Source of the DNA: Candidatus Saccharimonadales bacterium
GTDB taxonomy: Bacteria > Patescibacteriota > Saccharimonadia > Saccharimonadales > 2-12-FULL-41-12
Assembly (NCBI GenBank): GCA_036276755.1
Contig: DASUOG010000018.1
Span: 1-52,700 of the forward strand
DNA length: 52,700 nucleotides
Direction: 5' to 3'
In this document: positions 37,536 to 46,716 of the stretch, in pieces
Layout: the number at the start of each line of letters is the position of its first letter
How positions within the stretch are numbered: the first letter of the stretch is position 1
The notes under the pieces: generated by a model
The model's input: only the letters and a program-made list of their open reading frames with translations
The model's database searches: none
Told to the model about the DNA's origin: nothing
Translations under genes and position numbers: made by a program

Positions 37536-38462
37536 ATGATTGACATTTATCACAACTCAGCACGTACCCGAAAACTGGCCAAACTCAACACGGTCAAAGC
37601 CGGCAGTTGGGTGCATGCCGTGGAACCGACGGACTCCGAGCTGGACCAGCTGGCCAAGGATTTGGATCTGGACAAGGACATCCTAAAGGACGCTACCGAC
37701 CCGCATGAGGTGCCGCGCGTGGAAGTAAGCGACGGCAAGGTATATGTATTCTGTAGGTACTGCCGCCCAGAAGACCCTGACATTCCCACCGAGCCCATGC
37801 TTATTGTCTACACCGAAAAAAACATCATTACCGTAATGCGCAATCCGGATAACATTTTGGAAAGCATGATAAACGGCAAGACAGAATTTCTTACTACGCA
37901 AAAGACCAAAACCTTCTTGCACATCTTCGAACAAATCAACCATACCTACCGCAGACAGCTCTTATACATAGCCAAACAGATTCTCCGCTTCCGCTCCCAG
38001 ATGCGCCGGACCGAGGCCAGCAGCATAGATCTGATAAAGTTCATTGAACTCGAAGAAGACCTGAATGAATTTTTATCAGCTCTACAGCCGCAAGCACTCG
38101 TGCTGAACGCTCTGGAAAGCGGCAAATACATGCGCCTATATGAAGACGACCGCGATATGGCCGATGACATTATGCTGAGCACCAACGAGCTTATTGAACA
38201 ATGTAAATCGCGTTTGCGTACGGTGGTCAACATCCGCCAGGCTTATGATGTCATCGCCACCAACAACCTGAACGCTATCTTTAAGCGCCTGACTGCTATT
38301 GCCGTGTTTTTGGCAATACCGACTATCATCGTCGGGCTTTGGGGGATGAATGTGACGCTGCCCTTGCAAGAGAGCAGGTACGGATTTGCCATTATTCTAG
38401 GAACCATAGCGGTATCGGTATTTACAGTCACTAAATTTTTCGTCTACAAAAAATGGCTCTAA
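37536..38462 (+). CDS. corA: CorA family Mg2+ transporter
   Basis: WV....P, D..E.PRVE, C-terminal PT...GLWGMNV.LP and two TM helices. Confidence 0.93.
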   Translation: MIDIYHNSARTRKLAKLNTVKAGSWVHAVEPTDSELDQLAKDLDLDKDILKDATDPHEVPRVEVSDGKVYVFCRYCRPEDPDIPTEPMLIVYTEKNIITVMRNPDNILESMINGKTEFLTTQKTKTFLHIFEQINHTYRRQLLYIAKQILRFRSQMRRTEASSIDLIKFIELEEDLNEFLSALQPQALVLNALESGKYMRLYEDDRDMADDIMLSTNELIEQCKSRLRTVVNIRQAYDVIATNNLNAIFKRLTAIAVFLAIPTIIVGLWGMNVTLPLQESRYGFAIILGTIAVSVFTVTKFFVYKKWL

Positions 38463-38623
38463 GCGTTTGCACCGGTTAGCCTGCCAACCAGCATAGCTGG
38501 TTGCACTGCTAACCTCTTGGCGCTAAGCACGATTTTTTCTTCGTTGCTCCCTCGACGTATCATCTATACGACTCAGTCCGCTACTCAAAAAGAAATCGCA
38601 CTTTGCATCCAAGTGTAAACGCT
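38462..38623. repeat. Long imperfect inverted-repeat element with a second hairpin nested in its left arm (REP/MITE-like)
   Basis: Terminal AGCGTTTGCAC/GTGTAAACGCT; inner arms TTGGCGCTAAGCACGATTTTTTCTT vs AAAAAGAAATCGCACTTTGCATCCAA; apex CGTAT-catct-ATACG; nested hairpin at 38474-38514. Confidence 0.65.
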
Positions 38624-38749
38624 CAGATTGACATAAATAGTATTGACGGGTTTTAGTTGGCCGGGTTTATAATTGAATCCGGAAGTGTGAGGCTTCCATC
38701 GATCCCGGCATCACCGCCGGGATCCTTGATTTCTGGTAAAATTTCTTTA

Positions 38750-39859
38750 GTGGACAAAACGAATATTGATTTCTCAGCTCTCGGTAATTTAACCAGACTG
38801 GATATAAAACCTAAACAAGCCGTAGTTTACGCAGTATTATTCATCATCACCCTTGTATGGGGTGTAACTACTGAAAGTACCGCCTCGACACTGGCGCTGA
38901 TGTCCTTGATTTTGTTCGGCATCGTTTATCTCATCTACATTTCTTATAAAACCGCTCAGAAAAACAACGAAGTCTTACTGGCTTTCGCAAGCCAAAACGG
39001 CTTTACATTTGAAAAAGCGAACAAACATATTGTAGAGAAAGGCAGTTTATACCAGAGAGGACACAGCAAAAAAGAAACCCGGATTATAAGCGGCGAGCTA
39101 TATAGTCTGCCAATGAAGATCTCGGATTATGAATACGCAACCGGACATGGTAAAAACCGGACCGATTATCAGATAAGGGTCATGCGGCTGACCCTGCCGC
39201 GCCACCTGCCGCACATGGTCATAGATTGCGAAGTCGAGAGCGACAGCAACGGTTATTCTTCGTTGCCCATTACGTTCGACAGGTCGCAAAAGATCGAGTT
39301 GGAAGGCGATTTCCACAAATATTTCAATCTGTATGTACCGGACAAATACGCTGTTTCAGCACTTAGCATCATCGCTCCCGACGCCATGGAAGCACTGATG
39401 AGGATGAAGGCGTTATGCGATATTGAGATAGTCGAGAATCAGATATATTTTTATTGGCCGGATACTGAAGCCAAACGGGAAAAGTACGAGAATGCCTTCG
39501 CTACCGTAGGAGAAGTGATGAGTGAAATCGGCGGCAAGCTGAAATCTGGCGATATCTTCGCGCATGAAACCCAGGCGCAGCTTCATGTAGGTGATGCGAA
39601 GAACCCGATCAAACTCAAAAAATCATCGATCCTCTCTTGGCTTAAGTCCAAAAACGCTATCGGCTTGTATGGCGTGATAGCGATGGTCGGGTTGCTTACG
39701 TTCATGGACAGTTCAAATGCCGAGACTTTCGGCAATCAGGCAGCGTTTTTTCTACTTATATCCCTAGCTGTTATCGTCATCCTCACGCTCTACACAATAT
39801 ATAGTTATGCGAACAAACATAGATTGAAGAGAGAACTAAAAAGAAGACACCATACCTAG
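38750..39859 (+). CDS. Hypothetical membrane protein (2 TM + soluble domain + 2 TM; DUF3137-like)
   Basis: FA..NGF.F, Y.Y.TG.GKN, LP..LPH...D, LEGDF..YF.LY.P. Start set at GTG 38750, 7 nt after TGgTAAAAT. Confidence 0.7.
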   Translation: MDKTNIDFSALGNLTRLDIKPKQAVVYAVLFIITLVWGVTTESTASTLALMSLILFGIVYLIYISYKTAQKNNEVLLAFASQNGFTFEKANKHIVEKGSLYQRGHSKKETRIISGELYSLPMKISDYEYATGHGKNRTDYQIRVMRLTLPRHLPHMVIDCEVESDSNGYSSLPITFDRSQKIELEGDFHKYFNLYVPDKYAVSALSIIAPDAMEALMRMKALCDIEIVENQIYFYWPDTEAKREKYENAFATVGEVMSEIGGKLKSGDIFAHETQAQLHVGDAKNPIKLKKSSILSWLKSKNAIGLYGVIAMVGLLTFMDSSNAETFGNQAAFFLLISLAVIVILTLYTIYSYANKHRLKRELKRRHHT

Positions 39860-39898
39860 TATTGACAATTTTATACTTTTATTGTTATATTATAATTA

Positions 39899-40609
39899 AT
39901 GACCGAGTTAGGATTTGAAGATTTTGAGACTCGAAAAATAGATATGTACGGTGGTAGCCAAGCCGTAGGTTCAGTCTTATGGTTGGAGCATTGTGAAGCA
40001 CTCCATGTACCAATGGAGGAGGGCTCCAGTTTGAGATTAAGCCCTCAAGATTTGATCGAGGATGAGAATTTACTTAAGGAAAAAGGACATATTGATATTC
40101 ACAAACTCAAACCGACTGATTTGGAAAAGGCACCACCTGATAAAATCATGAGGTATGTTGTTTTGCCTAATCTGCCTTTAAAAATTACCGGTAATGAAGA
40201 AAGAGACCCCTTGGTACTTAATGTAGACTTTAAAGCCTTTTCGACGCCAAGAAGCCTTACTTATCATTCGGGTGTTCTTGGAATGTTTGATTCCGGATAT
40301 GATGACGAAGAAGAACTTGAAAGAAAACTTGATGAACTTGAATTTGATGACGAAGCCTCCTTGCTAAATACGCTGAATGCACCGGGAGATGACCTTGTGC
40401 CTACTTTTACTGTTCGATTTAATCCCTTGAAAGGGGCAGTTGCTTCTTTTGCAGCTTATCCGGCCTCAGGAAGTGAAGACTATGCTGTTAACGCAATTGA
40501 GGTTGACGATCAAGGTATGAGGGCACTCATAGGCGGCAGGATATTTACCGAATGCTTTAGGGAGAGGCAAGCTGATCTGCCGGCTCTTCATGCACCGCAT
40601 CAATTTTAG
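39899..40609 (+). CDS. Hypothetical acidic protein
   Basis: 236-aa ORF; TTGACA and TGtTATATT promoter elements end 7 nt before the ATG. Confidence 0.7.
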   Translation: MTELGFEDFETRKIDMYGGSQAVGSVLWLEHCEALHVPMEEGSSLRLSPQDLIEDENLLKEKGHIDIHKLKPTDLEKAPPDKIMRYVVLPNLPLKITGNEERDPLVLNVDFKAFSTPRSLTYHSGVLGMFDSGYDDEEELERKLDELEFDDEASLLNTLNAPGDDLVPTFTVRFNPLKGAVASFAAYPASGSEDYAVNAIEVDDQGMRALIGGRIFTECFRERQADLPALHAPHQF

Positions 40610-40626
40610 TCTAAACCTTGGCTAAA

Positions 40627-41073
40627 TTAGTTACAGTTTTTGCATAAACCGCGGAGTTCGACTTCGTGGTCGGTGATCTTAAAGCCGTGTTTTCGCCCAA
40701 AACTTTCTATGGCCTTTTCCAGGCGTACGCCTAAGGTTATTGGGATTATCTTGCCGCAATTCTGACAGCTTAGGTGGTGATGGTGCGGACGGAAACGTTC
40801 GGATAATTCAACCCGGTATTTCCAACCTGCGTAAACCTTGTTGATGATGCCGATCTTTTCAAAAAGTTCGACGTTGCGATACACGGTCGCCGGATCCATC
40901 TGCGTGGATAGGGAAGAGACCAGCTGGTTTATGCTGACCGGCCGGTTCTGCCCGGCAAGCCGTTCGTATAAATTTCTTCGCTCACGGGTTACCCGAAGCC
41001 GTTTTTTGTCTAATATTTCCTCAAAAGTTATTTCATCGACCGTACTAAGTTCGTTTTGTTTATTTTGGGTCAT
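40627..41073 (-). CDS. Fur family regulator, probably Zur
   Basis: LRVT.ER, ATVYRN, HHHHLSCQNCG, GLCKNC; divergent from a ZIP transporter. Confidence 0.9.
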   Translation of the reverse strand: MTQNKQNELSTVDEITFEEILDKKRLRVTRERRNLYERLAGQNRPVSINQLVSSLSTQMDPATVYRNVELFEKIGIINKVYAGWKYRVELSERFRPHHHHLSCQNCGKIIPITLGVRLEKAIESFGRKHGFKITDHEVELRGLCKNCN

Positions 41074-41092
41074 TACTTCCCTACATTAACCT

Positions 41093-41113
41093 TATTGCAA
41101 AACTTTTGCAATA
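41093..41113. promoter_or_regulatory. Putative Zur/Fur operator 1
   Basis: Perfect 10-1-10 palindrome TATTGCAAAA-C-TTTTGCAATA about 20 nt upstream of the regulator start. Confidence 0.75.
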
Positions 41114-41165
41114 TGTTGTATCGATTTACATCTGTTTGGAACACCGGGCTTGTTATTAGTTTTTG

Positions 41166-41188
41166 TTATTGCAAAAAATTTGCAATAA
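41166..41188. promoter_or_regulatory. Putative Zur/Fur operator 2
   Basis: TTATTGCAAA-AAA-TTTGCAATAA, same motif as operator 1. Confidence 0.75.
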
Positions 41189-41364
41189 GACAATACGGGC
41201 TGATAGACTTTTAACAGATGCTGCCGGCTTAAGGACCCTGTCCGTAATCCGACAAAGTTCCACAGCTGAATAACCATATCAAGTAAGGCAGATCATGTTT
41301 GTACCTAAGAATAGACAAAAGCATGGCGTATAAAGTTAAATAATAGACAGCAAAGGTTGAAATA

Positions 41365-42180
41365 ATGGCAACATACACCGACGTAATTATCTTTTCGCTC
41401 ATCGGCGGGGTGGTTTCACTCATCGGCGGGGTGTTCTTGCTTAGCCGTAAAACCAGCGCGGAGCTTTTGGCCAAATACGCCACGCCGTTCGCCGCCGGCG
41501 CGTTGCTGGCTGCGGTGTTTTTAGACCTGCTAAAAGAAGGTTTGGAAAAAAGCCCGGCCGAAACCGTGCTGATAGCTTCGCTCATCGGCATACTGGCCTT
41601 CTTTACTGCTGAGCGTTTCTTGCGCTGGTTTCACCACCACCATGAGCATGAAGACAAAAAACACGACCCGCACACGAGCCTGATCATCGCCGGCGACACC
41701 TTGCATAACGCGTTGGACGGAGTGGCGATAGCCTCGGCCTTTCTGATAAGCATTCCGACCGGCATCGTGACCACGTTCGCGGTAGCGGCGCACGAAATAC
41801 CGCAGGAAATCGGTGACTTCGGCTTGCTGCTGGCCAAAGGCGTGAGCCGGGCCAAGGTATTGCTCGTCAATATTATAAGCGCGCTGGCTACGCTTTTGGC
41901 TGCCGTCATTACTTTTGCTCTGGGTTCGGAGGAAAAGCTGCCGGTCGGTGTGCTTTTAGGATTGTCCGCCGGTTTTCTGCTATATATCGCGATGAGCGAT
42001 ATCATACCGACCATCCATGAAAAAACTTCTAAGAAGCCTTTGTTTAATATCCAGCCGTTGTTGCTTTTGATCGGAGTCGTCGTGGTCGGCCTGGCCATCA
42101 ATCTAGCGCATAGTTATATTGAACCCGAACACCCCGAGAGCGGAATGCACAGTGCAAGCGGCGAGCTTGTCGGCCATTAG
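41365..42180 (+). CDS. ZIP family zinc/metal transporter
   Basis: FAAGALL, His-rich loop HHHHEHE, HNALDG, HEIPQEIGD. Confidence 0.93.
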   Translation: MATYTDVIIFSLIGGVVSLIGGVFLLSRKTSAELLAKYATPFAAGALLAAVFLDLLKEGLEKSPAETVLIASLIGILAFFTAERFLRWFHHHHEHEDKKHDPHTSLIIAGDTLHNALDGVAIASAFLISIPTGIVTTFAVAAHEIPQEIGDFGLLLAKGVSRAKVLLVNIISALATLLAAVITFALGSEEKLPVGVLLGLSAGFLLYIAMSDIIPTIHEKTSKKPLFNIQPLLLLIGVVVVGLAINLAHSYIEPEHPESGMHSASGELVGH

Positions 42181-42197
42181 ATGCTACAATAACACTT

Positions 42198-43229
42198 ATG
42201 GAAATTGCGGGAATCTTAGCTGGGGCGGTGATAGCGGCGGTGATTGTGATTATCTTTATGTATTTGTTCCAGCAGAAATTTACCTTGCAGTTGACGAAGA
42301 CCAATGAGGAGCAGAGAAAGGACAGCAAGGAAGAGATAGAAACGGATGTTAAAAACATCTTTAGTGAAATAACGAAGAATATCGAGAAACAGCTGGAAAT
42401 CAGCAGAAAAGAAGTCGGCGATTTGAAAAATCAAAACGCGGCCATCAAGGAACAGCTGGCTATGGCGACAAAGGCTACCGAGGGGCTGCAGGTATCGACA
42501 GACGGGCTTAAGAATCTGTTGACCAACAACCGTCTCCGCGGCGAATGGGGCGAGCAGGTGGCCGATGAATTATTACAGGCTGCCGGATTCGTCGAAAATG
42601 TTAATTATACGAAACAGACCAAAACAGAGGAAGGCCGGCCGGACATCACGATTAACCTGCCCGACGGGGCCAAGCTGAACGTCGATGCCAAATTTCCTTT
42701 CGATGACCTGCTGGAATATCAGGAGGCAAAGACTCCGGCGGCAAAAAAACAAGCCCTGGCAAAGTTCCGCACGTCTATTAAAAATAAGGTCAAGGATATC
42801 ACATCGAAGGACTACATCGACCCTAAGAGCAATACGCTGGATTTCGTCGTGATGTTCATACCCAATGAGATGATTTTTAGCTTTATCTATGAAAAACTCC
42901 CGGAAATAAACGAATACTGCAACAAACGGAAAGTGGTATTAGCCGGGCCCTTCGGCTTCACCGCCGTTTTGAGGCTTGTTTTGCAGGCTTATAAAAATTT
43001 CGGGTATGAGCAGAATCTGCAGGAGATATTCGGCTTGGTCTCGCAATTTCAGGAAGAATATGAAAAATTTGGCGATCATTTGCAAAAACTTGGCAATCAG
43101 CTGGCAACTACCCAGAAGACCTATAATGAAGTGGAAGGCACGAGAAGCCGCCAGCTGAGTAAGGTAGTCGATAAAATCACCAGCAAATCCCAGTTTGAAA
43201 ACAAAAACAAGAAACTGATAGAAGATTAA
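42198..43229 (+). CDS. rmuC: DNA recombination protein RmuC
   Basis: N-terminal TM and coiled coil, RGEWGE, RPD..I.LP, VDAKFP, KDYI, DFVVMFIPNE. Confidence 0.92.
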   Translation: MEIAGILAGAVIAAVIVIIFMYLFQQKFTLQLTKTNEEQRKDSKEEIETDVKNIFSEITKNIEKQLEISRKEVGDLKNQNAAIKEQLAMATKATEGLQVSTDGLKNLLTNNRLRGEWGEQVADELLQAAGFVENVNYTKQTKTEEGRPDITINLPDGAKLNVDAKFPFDDLLEYQEAKTPAAKKQALAKFRTSIKNKVKDITSKDYIDPKSNTLDFVVMFIPNEMIFSFIYEKLPEINEYCNKRKVVLAGPFGFTAVLRLVLQAYKNFGYEQNLQEIFGLVSQFQEEYEKFGDHLQKLGNQLATTQKTYNEVEGTRSRQLSKVVDKITSKSQFENKNKKLIED

Positions 43230-43231
43230 AC

Positions 43232-43408
43232 TTAAGAATTCATCGCGTGGCGGGTGATTGCCAGCGTCAGCAGTGAATCGATAATTACCATAGCGGTTAC
43301 CGGCAGCTGGTTGTCGATATCATAAAAAGCCCACGTACCGACCCAGACGACCGTGACTATCCCGACTACGTAGGGATGCCGGATATGCATAAGAATTCTT
43401 CTAAACAC
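43232..43408 (-). CDS. Small 2-TM membrane protein (58 aa; below the ORF-track cutoff)
   Basis: GTG start overlapping the kinase stop; (M)FRRILMHIRHPYVVGIVTVVWVGTWAFYDIDNQLPVTAMVIIDSLLTLAITRHAMNS; fills the intergenic gap. Confidence 0.7.
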   Translation of the reverse strand: MFRRILMHIRHPYVVGIVTVVWVGTWAFYDIDNQLPVTAMVIIDSLLTLAITRHAMNS

Positions 43409-44873
43409 TTAGCGACCTCATACTGATTTTTGAAGACAACATCTGGTATAAGTATATATCCTTGGCGGCGACCTTCTCCAGCCATTCGGCTATTATCGAT
43501 ACGGCGTCTTCGGGGGTTACGTAGTTTTTACGGCTGGCCATCTCGGTGTGTTCCAGCTTATTGACTACGCTGGTGTAGACTTCGTTGAGTACGTTTTGTT
43601 TGATGCCTAACGAACCGACCAGGTCGATGTACATGAAGGTAGCCCGGAGGAATTCCGGTTGTTCGATTTCCAGATTGAAGCCGAACCGGTTGTTCTCATT
43701 TATCACCGAACTGAAGACTCGGAGGAACTTGTTGCTATGCAGCATGTTCTCGACATCGCTGAACGAATTTTTAAAGATGCTGGACGCGGATTCGGTGATG
43801 GCGGTAAAGAGCTGTTTCTGGATCCGGCCGTGGTTGTACATATCAAGCGAGCGTACTGCCATGCTCAGATCCCGGACGAACAGGTTGACTATCGCCCAGG
43901 TATAGCCCTCGATGTCGAAGTTACCGGAATATATCTTCTGGTATTGTTGCACGAGCTTGAAAAATGCCTGTTTATCGCTCGGTGCGGTCGCCGAGATGCC
44001 GAAATCAAGCAGAGCCACGCGGTTGTCTGGCAGTAATTTTATATTGCCGGGATGCGGATCGCCGTGCGCAGTGCCTTCGGTGAACATCGACTCCAACATC
44101 ACCTGGCCGATCGCGGTCATCTGGTAGCTGAGACTGGAGCCCAACACTTGCTTGGTATATTCTTCGGGGGAGTGGCCAAATTCTTTTTGTGCGAGCACGT
44201 CGGTCAGCATGACACCGCTGATGTACTCCTGGGTTATCAGATGCTTCGTACAAAGTTCCTGATATGTCTTGGGAATTACCACCGTGGGGTGGTTTTTGTA
44301 TCTGTCGTAAAGCTCGACGGCATAATGGACCTCGCGCTCGTAGTCCAGTTCTTTCAAGGTAGTCGACTTGAACTTGCGAAAGACATCCAATATGTCAAAA
44401 CCGCCCTTATGCCCGACATTGACTATCCGGACCAGAAAACCCAGCAGCTTGATATCGAAGTCGATGTCGCGGAGCACGCTCGGCCTCAACGCCTTGATGG
44501 CTACAGTCTCACCGTTTTTTAGCGTCGCTTTATATACTTGGCCGAACGAACCGGCGGCAAACGGATCGCGCTCGACGCTCTTTATTTGTTCTATCCCCTC
44601 ACCGAGTTCCTGCCTGAGTAATCTCGCTATATCTATGGGTTCGTAAGGACTGCTGTCATACGTCTTTTTGAGCAGGAAGCTGAACTCGATATCCATGTAT
44701 TCGCGGTCTTCGCTGAGCCTGACCAACAATAACTGAACGAACTTTATATACAAGCCGCCCATGGAAAGCAGTTTTTCATAAAGCTCGTACTGCGCGTCCG
44801 AGCCCGCTTTGTTCTTGCGAAGCGCCAAGAGGAGTACCGCGGTGATCTGACTGATTCTTTTTATCTTGTTCAT
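43401..44873 (-). CDS. ABC1/UbiB (AarF) family atypical kinase
   Basis: GGLYIKFVQ (KxGQ-like), PFAAGSFGQVYKA, VAIK..RP, ELDY.RE, HGDPHPGN, LLDFG; no C-terminal TM. Confidence 0.92.
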   Translation of the reverse strand: MNKIKRISQITAVLLLALRKNKAGSDAQYELYEKLLSMGGLYIKFVQLLLVRLSEDREYMDIEFSFLLKKTYDSSPYEPIDIARLLRQELGEGIEQIKSVERDPFAAGSFGQVYKATLKNGETVAIKALRPSVLRDIDFDIKLLGFLVRIVNVGHKGGFDILDVFRKFKSTTLKELDYEREVHYAVELYDRYKNHPTVVIPKTYQELCTKHLITQEYISGVMLTDVLAQKEFGHSPEEYTKQVLGSSLSYQMTAIGQVMLESMFTEGTAHGDPHPGNIKLLPDNRVALLDFGISATAPSDKQAFFKLVQQYQKIYSGNFDIEGYTWAIVNLFVRDLSMAVRSLDMYNHGRIQKQLFTAITESASSIFKNSFSDVENMLHSNKFLRVFSSVINENNRFGFNLEIEQPEFLRATFMYIDLVGSLGIKQNVLNEVYTSVVNKLEHTEMASRKNYVTPEDAVSIIAEWLEKVAAKDIYLYQMLSSKISMRSLSV

Positions 44874-44876
44874 GAT

Positions 44877-45038
44877 TTATTTCTTTGAAAACCCTATGAT
44901 GTAGATACCGAGGGTCAGCACTATCATGCAGATATATAGGCCGAACCTGTCGATCGTTTCGATGTTCCTGCTCGTGGCTATCACTATGGTGGTGATCCAG
45001 CAGACGGCGATAATCACAAACGAGAACAGATATCTCAT
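44877..45038 (-). CDS. Small 2-TM membrane protein (53 aa; below the ORF-track cutoff)
   Basis: MRYLFSFVIIAVCWITTIVIATSRNIETIDRFGLYICMIVLTLGIYIIGFSKK; TATAAT 10 nt upstream; stop 3 nt before the kinase ATG. Confidence 0.75.
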   Translation of the reverse strand: MRYLFSFVIIAVCWITTIVIATSRNIETIDRFGLYICMIVLTLGIYIIGFSKK

Positions 45039-45103
45039 AATAAGTCGAATTATATCATAAAGAGTTAGTAAAAATTCCAGCCCGCTAAGTTATAATGGCA
45101 ACT

Positions 45104-45361
45104 ATGAGCAAATCGAGACCGACGAACAATCCGAAGATCGATGCGGCGCATCTGGCGGAAATACTGATGAAGGCCGAATACTTAGATAGGAAAGCCTTTT
45201 ATCTGCATAGTTTCCTGCGTGGTATGGTAATCGGCGCCGGAGGCGTCTTAGGTGCGACCGTACTTATAGCAGTTTTATTGTGGATTTTATCCCTTTTTGA
45301 CACCATCCCATTCGTCGGGCCGGTTATAGACAGCGCCCGCGAGACGATAAAAGACAATTAG
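45104..45361 (+). CDS. DUF5665-like small membrane protein
   Basis: FY..SFLRG...GAGGVLGATVLIA.LLWILS.F..IPFVG. Start set at 45104, 7 nt after TATAAT. Confidence 0.75.
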   Translation: MSKSRPTNNPKIDAAHLAEILMKAEYLDRKAFYLHSFLRGMVIGAGGVLGATVLIAVLLWILSLFDTIPFVGPVIDSARETIKDN

Positions 45362-46689
45362 TACGAAGTCTCCTCAAACAGATCTATGGCCAGGGCTGCA
45401 GTCCAGCTGAAGTTCCTGGCTCCGGACGGCGAACCGTCCAGCGGGGAGAAATATTCGTAAGGGCCATGGTCCCTGACCAGTTGCAGACTGGAATTAATCA
45501 GCCGCCCGGCCTCCGAGTTAAAACCATATTGTTTCAACCCCTGGATTATCAACCAGTTGGTGTTCAGCCAGGTCGGACCCTGCCAATATTTATGCTCGTG
45601 GAACCATTTTGAGTTGACGGGGACGCTGGGCACCGGAAACGACACGTCGAAGGTGTCATGGTCGTGCAGTTTTTTGACTATCGCCTTGGCCCGTTCCTGG
45701 CGGATGGCTCCGCTGTATAACGGCATCAGACAGGCAAGGGTGGTAATCTTGGTATGCTGGTGAGTAATGAAATTCCGCGAAAAATATTCCTCCTGATAAG
45801 GATCCCACAAACTGTCTATGGCCGATTCGGCTTTTTGCATCTTTTCGATCAGATATAAAGACAAGGGCCGGTTGATCGCCTGGGCTATGTCCTGTAGGTG
45901 CTTATTGGCACGGATCAGGATGCAGTTGAAGGTCAGGTCCTCGAACAGTATTTTCGCGTGCGGCAGAACGCGCTCGATGTCGTATCGCTTGCGTTTTAAC
46001 CGTTTGATTATGTCGTAATAAAGCAGCACTTCAGTATTGCTCATCCTGTCGGTGGACGGTATATGTTTGAGATCCCGCCGGAAAAAGTTGATCATCTTTT
46101 CGGCAGGGACGAACCTTAAGACGCTTGTCCACCATGGCTGATGATGTTCGAAGATCTCGGCAATCATCGGCGGCGTGTTGTCCAGTCCGGTCTCATACGG
46201 ATGGACCTGCAGCACCAGGCCTTCGTCATGCGGGTCGCGTTCGGCATATAACCACTGGTGATAGTCCACCAGGACGGGATACATGCGCTTATACCAATCC
46301 TGCTTCTCTGCGGGCGTAAGCTTTTCACCGACGCGCACAACCGCTTCGGCAAGCATCGGCGGCTGGGTAATACCGGTCGTAGCGATGCCGTTGGGCGAAT
46401 TAGGGTTGATCGAGCTTTTCCATACTTCCCGGTCCTGATGATAACGGGCATCGCTGGCGAAGATTATATTCGGCAGCATGCCGTTACGCCACTGGCCCCT
46501 AGCCAACGACATAAGTTCCTGCCGGGCGCGCTCGGTATTAAAATGCCTAAGCCCGATGGCTGTAAAACAACTGTCCCAAAGCCATTGGTGCGGATACATG
46601 CCGCTTGATGGTATGGTATAGCCCCAGCGCCAATTATCGTTGAGTACCTTTTGACAAACGGTTCTGATATCCGTGTTATCAAAATTCAT
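45358..46689 (-). CDS. GH63-like / mannosylglycerate hydrolase-like glycoside hydrolase
   Basis: YPHQWLWDS.F, ITQPP, HPYETGLDN.P, YWQGPTW.N.NW, EYF.P..G, FSWTAA. Confidence 0.88.
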   Translation of the reverse strand: MNFDNTDIRTVCQKVLNDNWRWGYTIPSSGMYPHQWLWDSCFTAIGLRHFNTERARQELMSLARGQWRNGMLPNIIFASDARYHQDREVWKSSINPNSPNGIATTGITQPPMLAEAVVRVGEKLTPAEKQDWYKRMYPVLVDYHQWLYAERDPHDEGLVLQVHPYETGLDNTPPMIAEIFEHHQPWWTSVLRFVPAEKMINFFRRDLKHIPSTDRMSNTEVLLYYDIIKRLKRKRYDIERVLPHAKILFEDLTFNCILIRANKHLQDIAQAINRPLSLYLIEKMQKAESAIDSLWDPYQEEYFSRNFITHQHTKITTLACLMPLYSGAIRQERAKAIVKKLHDHDTFDVSFPVPSVPVNSKWFHEHKYWQGPTWLNTNWLIIQGLKQYGFNSEAGRLINSSLQLVRDHGPYEYFSPLDGSPSGARNFSWTAALAIDLFEETSY

Positions 46690-46716
46690 AATCTTTACTA
46701 TATAAGCTGCAGCGGT

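Noticed and set aside
41189..41335. Metal riboswitch (yybP-ykoY, NiCo), leader peptide or rpsN remnant upstream of the ZIP gene
   Set aside because: No consensus riboswitch elements found; the 12-codon ORF MFVPKNRQKHGV and the NRC-containing frame are not convincing.
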